Part shown: positions 56,276 to 64,000 of the stretch, one piece after another
Numbering within the stretch: the first letter of the stretch is position 1
Layout: every line of letters begins with the position of its first letter
Source of the DNA: Heteronotia binoei
Lineage: Eukaryota
Direction of reading: 5' to 3'
Length of the DNA stretch: 64,000 nucleotides
Assembly: GCF_032191835.1 (NCBI RefSeq)
Contig: NC_083223.1
Span: 83,018,001-83,082,000, forward strand
The notes under the pieces: model-generated
Databases searched by the model: none
What the model was told of the DNA's origin: nothing
The model's input: only the letters and a program-made list of their open reading frames with translations
Position numbers and translations under genes: made by a program

Positions 56276-57407
56276 TTTCACAGTAAATACAGCCCAGACT
56301 ATGGACAATCCTAACTTAAAATAGAGGTTGACAGAGATTTCAATTGTTCAGGGCATGCTTGCACCCTATAGTTCTGATTGCTATAGGAAGGCCATTAATA
56401 TGAAATGCCAAGTATCTTCTAGTTTTGTATACAAATTTGGCAAAGGAAGGAAGAGGACAGGATGTTTGTACAACCAGCCCAAGTCCTCTCAGGCCCCCAG
56501 CTTGCTGGACATAAGAGTGAACAATTCAAAATATGACATAATCCTTTTTCTTCTCTTTCATATTACTATTATACAAATGAGCAAAAATTGACCCAGAAGT
56601 TTGAATACTGATTCATTTATAGCTGTTGCTATTGGTTTCAATGTCTGTGCTCACAGGTCAATTCTAATCATATTTACTTGGAATTAAGAAACATTATAGT
56701 TTACAGAATATACCAGTATTAATATTCCAATATTCTTTTCTTAGTACAATGTGATTAACATACAGTTAATGTTAAAAATAGCAAAGCAGTGATCAGAAGA
56801 TAGAGTACTAAACCGCTTAGGTATTGAATGTAGATGCCTTAGCGCAATCATTTATTTATAGTCTGTGATGTCAATTAGTGTTTACAGAGCATGAATACAC
56901 GTATTGGGAGCTGTTAGGTTGCTTTATGTGGTTGGTACTAATTCCTATTTCACACTCAGATCTTAAACACATTTTAAGATTAAAGTCCCATCTCAAGTAT
57001 CGCTGCAGTTTTATTTATGAGAAAGCAGTTTCCATAATTCTCATTGAGACTTACATTTTAAATAATCAGGCATAGCCATCACTGTATTTATAGCCATCTC
57101 CGCATTTATTGCCATCAGGTCTCTGTATTTGGGACTCATTTACAGTTACTATATTACCACCATCAGCAAATGCATACATGAGTCAGGGTAAGTGTAATGC
57201 CATTTTGAAACTACTTAGGATGGCAAATAAGCCTCACACTGGCAAAATGCAGAGTAATGCTGGTGTAACACCTTGCTAGTGTAAATCTGGTGTGGCTACC
57301 ATGTTGTAAAGTCTGGAAAGGGGTGCCATTGGGGACATCTGGTGGATAGGAGCAGGACTTACTCAGCATTTTAAGAACCCTGTGTTCACACCCTGCTTCC
57401 TTATCAG

Positions 57408-57869
57408 CAGGCCTTGAATTCAGCAAGAACTCACAGGAGTGCAGCTCCTGAACCTTTCTGATGGCCCCCCTCCTCCTCCCCACTTACCTTGTCCATTGAA
57501 TAGTAGCTGCAAACAATCCCTGGATTAGGAGAGGGGGCAGTCAGTCAGCCACCAGGGGCTTTGCCACACCCCCAGCAGCTCTCATTAATCCCTGGAGAAC
57601 CCCACGCCACCCTTTCTCCACTTCTTATGTGATTTTGGGCCGTGAGTGGCTTGCTGGCCTTTTGACTGGGGGGTGGGGGTGGCCAAGGAGAGCCCCAGGT
57701 GAGTGAGGCCTGCTTGGGCTGGCTGAATCTCTAGCCAGCCCAAGCAAGCCTTGCTCGCCCGGGGCTCTCCTTTCTTGCTTCGGCTTGCTTTTGGCTGGTG
57801 GGGGGTGGCATATGCTAATGAGTTATGCTAATGAGCTCCACCACCTATTTTTCTACAAAACGACGCCTG
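57408..57869. mobile_element. hAT MITE
   Basis: caggcctt...acgcctg; TSD cttatcag / cttacaag; right end related to the 20883 element. Confidence 0.75.
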
Positions 57870-58069
57870 CTTACAAGCATTAATGTACACTGATTAAAGC
57901 GGTAGTGTAAGTGTAAACTTTCCCAATAAACTCAATGGGAAAGAAAATAAATTCCCACCATACTTAAACAACCATGACGCAGCTTAGAAGCTAACAGTGC
58001 CATCCCAGTGGGTGATGTGGGTGATGGCACTCCCAGTCTGCAGCCTGACACAGAATACCTAATGCTAGT

Positions 58070-58315
58070 TGAAGAGATCCAGTGTGGCACAGGGATCAGA
58101 GTGTCAGGGTAGGATCTCAGAGAACTAGGTTTGAATTCCTACTTTAACATAGAATCTTGGTGGGTGACCTTGGGCACTTACACATTCTCAGACTATCCTA
58201 CCTCACGGGGTTGTTGTGAGGTTTCAGCAGATCAGAGGAGAATGATGTCAGCCACTTTTGGTCCCTATTAGGGAATAAGGGGTATAAATGAACTAACTAA
58301 CTAACTAAATGAATG
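58070..58315 (+). mobile_element. tRNA-derived SINE with (aact)n tail
   Basis: B box ggtttgaattcc; body gggtgaccttgggc...cctacctcacggggttgttgtgagg. Confidence 0.75.
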
Positions 58316-58439
58316 ATTATAAACCCCAATCAGGACAGCAGATGATCAGGCACACCTCTCTGGCCTCATGTTGCTACTCTTATAGCAACTTCAGTGATGG
58401 AGATTTTAGTGAGGGGACATTTGGCACAAACAGACAATA

Positions 58440-58662
58440 GTAACAAACATTATACACGTGAAGTGGCCTTATTATGCTTAATCAGACCATCAGTCCCATC
58501 AAGGCCACTGTTGTCTACTGAAACTGGCAATGGCTCTCCAAGGTCTCAGACAGAGGTCTTTCACATAATCTACTGCCTGGTCCTTTTATTTGGGCATGCC
58601 AGGTATTGAACCTGGAACCTTCTGCATATGAATCAGATGCTCTTCCACTGAGCCACTGCTCA
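58440..58662 (-). mobile_element. tRNA-derived SINE with CR1-like tail
   Basis: Minus strand head tggctcagtggaagagc...ggttccaggttcaatacc; CR1-type 3' segment. Confidence 0.7.
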
Positions 58663-60339
58663 ACACTGACACACTCTTACCTCAGAACACACACCAACCA
58701 GAATGGTCCCCTCCTTCAACTGATACAAGAATACACCCTACTCAGGTAATCAAGAAAGAGGGATCCCATGCCTTAAACTTTGTTGAAAATGTTGTTACCC
58801 ACCCTGTCCCTATCTCAGCAACGTGTACCTACTTTGCATTGGCTCATCAACAACTGCTAATATCGTCTCCCACTCATTTAAGTTTATAGAGGGCAGAAAG
58901 GGGAATGGCCTTGGGAGGAAAACAGCAGTCACGTTTCTGGTTAACTACCACCCAATCAATGTTACTGCTGGTCAAATATCCATGACCCTTTTTATCTTGA
59001 TGGATCAATGCCTTTTTGAGTAGTTGTAACAGAAACTTCTGCCTGTCAAAGGAGATTTGAGTCTCCATCTGTAGAGGTCTCAAGAGTGTGATATGCCCCA
59101 GAGCTCCATACTGGAGAGGATGCACTGTTATTTCTTTTTGTAGATGAGGGCAGGGCTATGTCATAAATGCCAGCTGCGCCAGCACTGTCACACTTTGATG
59201 GGTCACTTCCATATGGCCAACTTGGGGATATTGACAGCACATATGTAGTCAGTGGGGGTTGTCTGTATTGCTATGGACATTATACTTTCAGGTCCTTGAA
59301 ACTGGGTCTTCTTTAGCCTTTCTTTTTCTTCTGCCAAGAAAGCAGCACTCCCACTAGTTATGATGCTGACAGCATGCCAACATTTAAATCAAAAACTGCC
59401 TGTGACCCAGTATTTTTAGCTTCTATTTCAGTAGGCCCAAGACCGACTTGGGAACATTAGTAATTACTTCTCTTTTTAAACACATACTTCTCTTTTAAAA
59501 CACATACCCAAAACTTTTTGTTATGAACTGATTAAGCCATGCTCATTGAATGCATAATAAGACATGTGAGGATGGCATTAAACTTGATCTGTGAATCCTT
59601 ATGACTCCAGCAGATGGTAGTACTTGCAGACCAATGGAAAACTAGAATTCCCCACACCCCCAACACAAAAAAATGCAGATGTTTATTTGACACTATACAC
59701 TTGATAAAAATATCCTTGCTACCAGGAAAGTAAACCTGATCAGACTGTTGCAAGAGTTGTTTCTCGGTTATTTAAACCCTTAGTGTTAACCCTTAGTGTA
59801 CAAGTGTCTCTGGGTTTTCTTCAAAGAATCAGAAGGATGAAACCATGAACTGTACCCCTCCCTCTTGTTTTCTTATAACTGAATTTCTCTGGTAGCACAA
59901 CATTAAAAAAAAATCATAATCAAGATTTTGGGGGCTCTCTTAAGTCCTGATCCTTCCCGTTTCACCACAGAGAGTGAACCCTGAAGAACAGCCTAGAGGG
60001 GAGCTGCAGAGACACTGGGGAATTGGTGGAAATCGGCACAGCCTTTTATATAGGAAAGGTTTAACCAGAGGAGCACTGAAGATCCCAGTCCAGACGAAAT
60101 TCTGAACAGTTGTTCTAGTCGATAAGTAGTAACCTATATCATGATTATATGACTGCTGAGGAAAGGGGGGAAATCGGGATCCAAATCTCAGGCCCCGCCC
60201 AACTCAAATAAAAACCTGCTTTGGTGCAGGCATCTTCATCCCGCGATTAACATAAGAAACCTCTAGAGTACAGCTGCTTCGATTACCTCATTGCACTGAA
60301 ACCCTTTGGTTTTAGAAACTGGCAGCGTGTGTTCCGTTA

Positions 60340-61400
60340 CATTCCTTTGGCTGCCTCGTGCTAGCGCGGTGGCTTGTGGTCCTAGTGGTTCTCCTATACA
60401 AAGTATCTTTATAGCGCGCTAAAGTAAAAAGACTATTTTTCCCAGCAAGCTTCAGGATGAAAAGTCCCGGCTCGGACAGCTCACCGAAGGTATATAACGC
60501 CTCCGGACGGCGCGCGTTTTAGACATTTGCTGGTTGTTACCTGCGGGGTCTATGGTGTGTGTTCAGACTCGTCTCGCTTATCGCACCCCCGCAAGTGACG
60601 CAGACGTGAGGTTGCCCACCTCCTCCTTATCTGAGATTTCCTCTATTCCCACGGCTTGGCATCCCCGATGAGGCCGAATGAAGTGTCAGAGGTGCCCGCT
60701 CTGGCGCTGCGCCTGGAAGAGCTGAAGCGCCGGGCGGGCGAGTGCATCGAGGCGGCGTCGGAGCCACTGGGCGAGCTGAGCCGGGCGATCTGGAGCCGTC
60801 CGGAGCTGGCCTACGAGGAGCACCAGGCTCACGGCGCCCTGACGCGCTTCTTCGCCGGCCGGCCGGCTTGGTCGGTGCAGCCGCGCTACAAGCTGGAGAC
60901 GGCCTTCCGGGCGGACTGGGCCTGGGCGCCCCACGGCGAGGAGGAGGACGAAGGGCCCGGGCGGGCCGCTGAGCCCCCTGCCGCCCTCCTCCGCCTGGGC
61001 TTCCTGTGCGAGTACGACGCCCTGCCCGGCATCGGCCACGCCTGCGGCCACAACCTCATCGCCGAAGTGGGCGCCGCCGCCGCGCTGGGCCTCAAGGGCG
61101 CCCTCGAGAGCCTCGCCGCTCGACGCCCGGACGGCACCCTCCGCGCTCCCGCCGTCAAGGTGAGAAGAAAGGGGGAAATTGCCGCTTGTTCCTTTTGGTT
61201 TCTTCCCACCAGTACATTGGCAGACTGCTCTGGGGCTTCCTTGGGTTTGGGTCTGTGAGTGGCTACGAGCCGTGGCGACTGAGGGGGAACCTTCGCTTTC
61301 AGAGGCACTAATTCTCTGAATCCCGGAGCTGTGAGGGAACATCAGGGGAAGGCCTCGGCCTCTATGCCCGGTTGTTGGCCATCCAGAGGAACTGTGTGAG
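60340..61400. promoter_or_regulatory. PM20D2: CpG island / PM20D2 promoter and exon 1
   Basis: Very high CpG and GC content around the first exon. Confidence 0.8.
60668..61159 (+). CDS. PM20D2: PM20D2 (M20 family dipeptidase) exon 1
   Basis: ATG at 60668; [15 protein letters not shown] and [26 protein letters not shown] motifs; AAG|gtgaga, phase 0. Confidence 0.95.
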
Positions 61401-61560
61401 ACTGTTGTTCTGCTCCAGCAGGGTTCTTCTCATTTTTCTTTTTTTAATGCCCCTCAGCCCTCACTGAGTAGATTGATTCCAGTGTGTGGCTGTTCTCTTG
61501 GCGCTCTGTTTTTGTGTTGCAGTTTTAATGGCCCCCGCCGCTTATTACCTTTGCTTTCAG

Positions 61561-61709
61561 ATAACGGTGCTGGGCACTCCTGCCGAGGAAGATGGAGGAG
61601 GCAAAATAGACTTGATCAAAGCTGGAGCTTTTGATGATCTAGATGCTGTTTTCATGGCTCACCCCTCCCAAGAAGATGCCGCTTTTTTACCTGATGTTGC
61701 AGAACATGA
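61561..61709 (+). CDS. PM20D2: PM20D2 exon 2
   Basis: ttcag|[49 protein letters not shown](D)|gtgagt; 149 nt; later exons not found in the window. Confidence 0.97.
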
Positions 61710-64000
61710 GTGAGTAAACAGAGCCTGAAATGCAACCTTCTCTTTGTTAAAAAAAAAAAAAAAGCACCTTTGAAGGCTGCTTAAAAAGAATTCCTTTTGG
61801 TGTTCTTTTGTACTATCAATGCTTATTGTATTTTATAGAGCAGCCAGCAAAAAAGTGGCCTTTGTTTTAGTGGGATTTGAGATGTGCAGCCTACTTTATA
61901 AGTAGTTTAACTGAAGGGCCACTTGGAGAAGCAGTTGAAGGATGGCCAGATAGCATTCCAGTCTTCATCCCATAATGTGACCCATCAGCAATGTTAACTG
62001 TCACAATTGTCATATTGGTTTTTTGTCTTTTCCACTTCCAGGTTGGTAACTGAAGCAAGCCAAGTGATGTCTTGCAAAGGCTTGCTTTGGCCCTGGATTC
62101 TCTAGTTTCTGACCACTATCCTGTAGGTTTCAGCATTCTCAGTAATCTGTATATTCTGGCTAAAGTATTGGGTGTAAATGTGGAGGTATTTGTGTACCTT
62201 ATAACAAAAAACCCCAAAATATTTTAATTTTAGGGAAATTAAATCTTCTCAAAATGATTTTGTTTTTAAATTTCAAGTCCCATGCCAATATTCAGGTATC
62301 TCTAAACTAGCTTTCAGTTTATTCAAAGAGTGAGTTTCAACCCATGACTGTTGGCTAGATCTCATGAGCCTACCAGCCTTTACTGGAATAGGGGATGCTA
62401 CAATTTAATAAATTAATGTTCCTTTCTTTCCTGCTTTAATTTTCCATAGGCAAATTTGTCAGTTCTTGAAATACTTTTCTGGGCATGCTTTTCATAATAA
62501 GACTTGTATAGTTGGTCCATTATTAATGCTAGAAATGCTGATTTGAATGGATGCAATCCAACCTTATTTCAGATGACCCTAAAATGTGTTTATAGGTATT
62601 CTAACATTTTTGTTACATAACTTTCCCAGGAATCATTAAGTCTGGTGTTTATCTGTTATATAGAACTAAAATGTCTTGTGATTAAAAGCTACACAGCTGG
62701 ATTGAAAACTTTTTATATTTGATGTTATTTGTCTCTAGGTGACTATCTGCAAATATAACCTTTAGGCACAAAAGTAAATAAGACTGAGTTGTTCTTACCT
62801 GAGTACTTGGAATCGACATACCTTCCTCATCTCTGGTAGTGTTTGGTATGAGGGTTTTTCCGTTTAAATTAATCCGTAGAACCAGAACACAAAAATTACT
62901 GTGCCTATCTCAGTATTCTATTTTCTGACTATATCCAGGTGACAGAAAGACCGAAGCTTGATAGCAACTTTGAATCCTTGCTAGTTTCCAGAATTTGGAG
63001 ATTAGCTAGATGTTTCAGATACAGCAGCTAGAAGCAAGATGCATTCTTCATTGACAAAAAGTGTGATCTTTTATTCCAAATCATTTTTACTTGTGAAAAT
63101 CTTGGGATTTTAGTATATATCTATTAGAATGCATTTATAAAAACTGGCTGTTTTTACCAGCTAGTTCTCACTGGAGACATTTCAGCTGAGTTTCCTCCTG
63201 ACAGTTACTTTTTTTGTGTATCTTGTATTTTTGTGTATGTTGCTTGCTGAACTGAGCTGTCCAACACAGACTCATATCCCATCTTTGTTCGCTAGAACTT
63301 TATGCAGTACACAGTACACAGAATTCTGAGGTAGTCTTCAATCTAGATATTGACCAGATCTAAACCTCCCTACTTTCAGCAAGTTTTCTGTATCATGCCT
63401 TCAGGATGAAAATAATTTCAAAATGATTTTTGAAGTGGTGTAGCATCATTCTAGATATCAGGAAATGAATAACTAATTTTGTGTTTTTCTCACATCTCAT
63501 TCTGCAGGTAAATCATCAAGTAAAAAAATATACATAATCCTTTGAGTTATCCTCATTGGCAGAACCTGTTTTGTGGATACAGTACATCTGATACTTAGTT
63601 CTGTGATTTTACAACAGTAATTGTGGGATTTTAGAGGAAGGAGGTAGAATGCATCTGTATGTCAAGGTGTTTTAGAGTAAAATGCTTGCTTTTCTCTGAA
63701 AAGATCTCAGCTTCTAACCAACAGGGTTTTTCTTCTCACAAATGTTGGTTATCAAGGCATTATTAGCTTTCCCACAACTGCACCTGGTAAAAGCAGGTTG
63801 AAAATTAATTTCTCAGAGACCTTTTCACACTTGATTTAAATAGTTGTGCCTTGCTCACTGATTGCAAAGTGGCCATTGATGCATGAGGTGATACTGGGCC
63901 TTTCCTTGGAGACCCAGACTGTTTGTGATTTATATGCAAACTCTTAAAAATAAGTTGCTTAGGCATGTTTAGTAATATAAGAAGCAGGACATTTTTCTTA

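Noticed and set aside
60686-61342. 218-aa and 140-aa ORFs antisense to PM20D2 exon 1
   Set aside because: Antisense shadows of a GC-rich coding exon

Overview
Vertebrate nuclear DNA, almost certainly squamate and probably gecko, judging from the repeat families (Squam3-like and Sauria-type SINEs, BovB, Penelope-like tails, many hAT MITEs). The window matches the conserved block equivalent to human 6q15: RNGTT exons 1-4 (-, continues off the left edge), PNRC1 (+, complete), SRSF12 (-, complete, 5 coding exons) and PM20D2 exons 1-2 (+, continues off the right edge). An intronless BORCS6-type gene (-) sits head-to-head with PNRC1. Exon boundaries were read by hand and give phase-consistent reading frames. 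The most notable signals are: (1) a minor-spliceosome (U12) intron in SRSF12 with apparent AT-AT ends that encloses a 337-nt U2-type poison exon; (2) the BORCS6/PNRC1 bidirectional promoter; (3) a candidate internal PNRC1 promoter and first exon that would give a 142-aa PNRC2-sized isoform; (4) a speculative chain of phase-compatible + strand exons between PNRC1 and SRSF12. Several nested transposon insertions have clear target-site duplications (TSDs). Most entries in the ORF track are antisense, GC-rich or repeat-derived noise. No searches were run; gene and repeat names come from recognition of the sequence.
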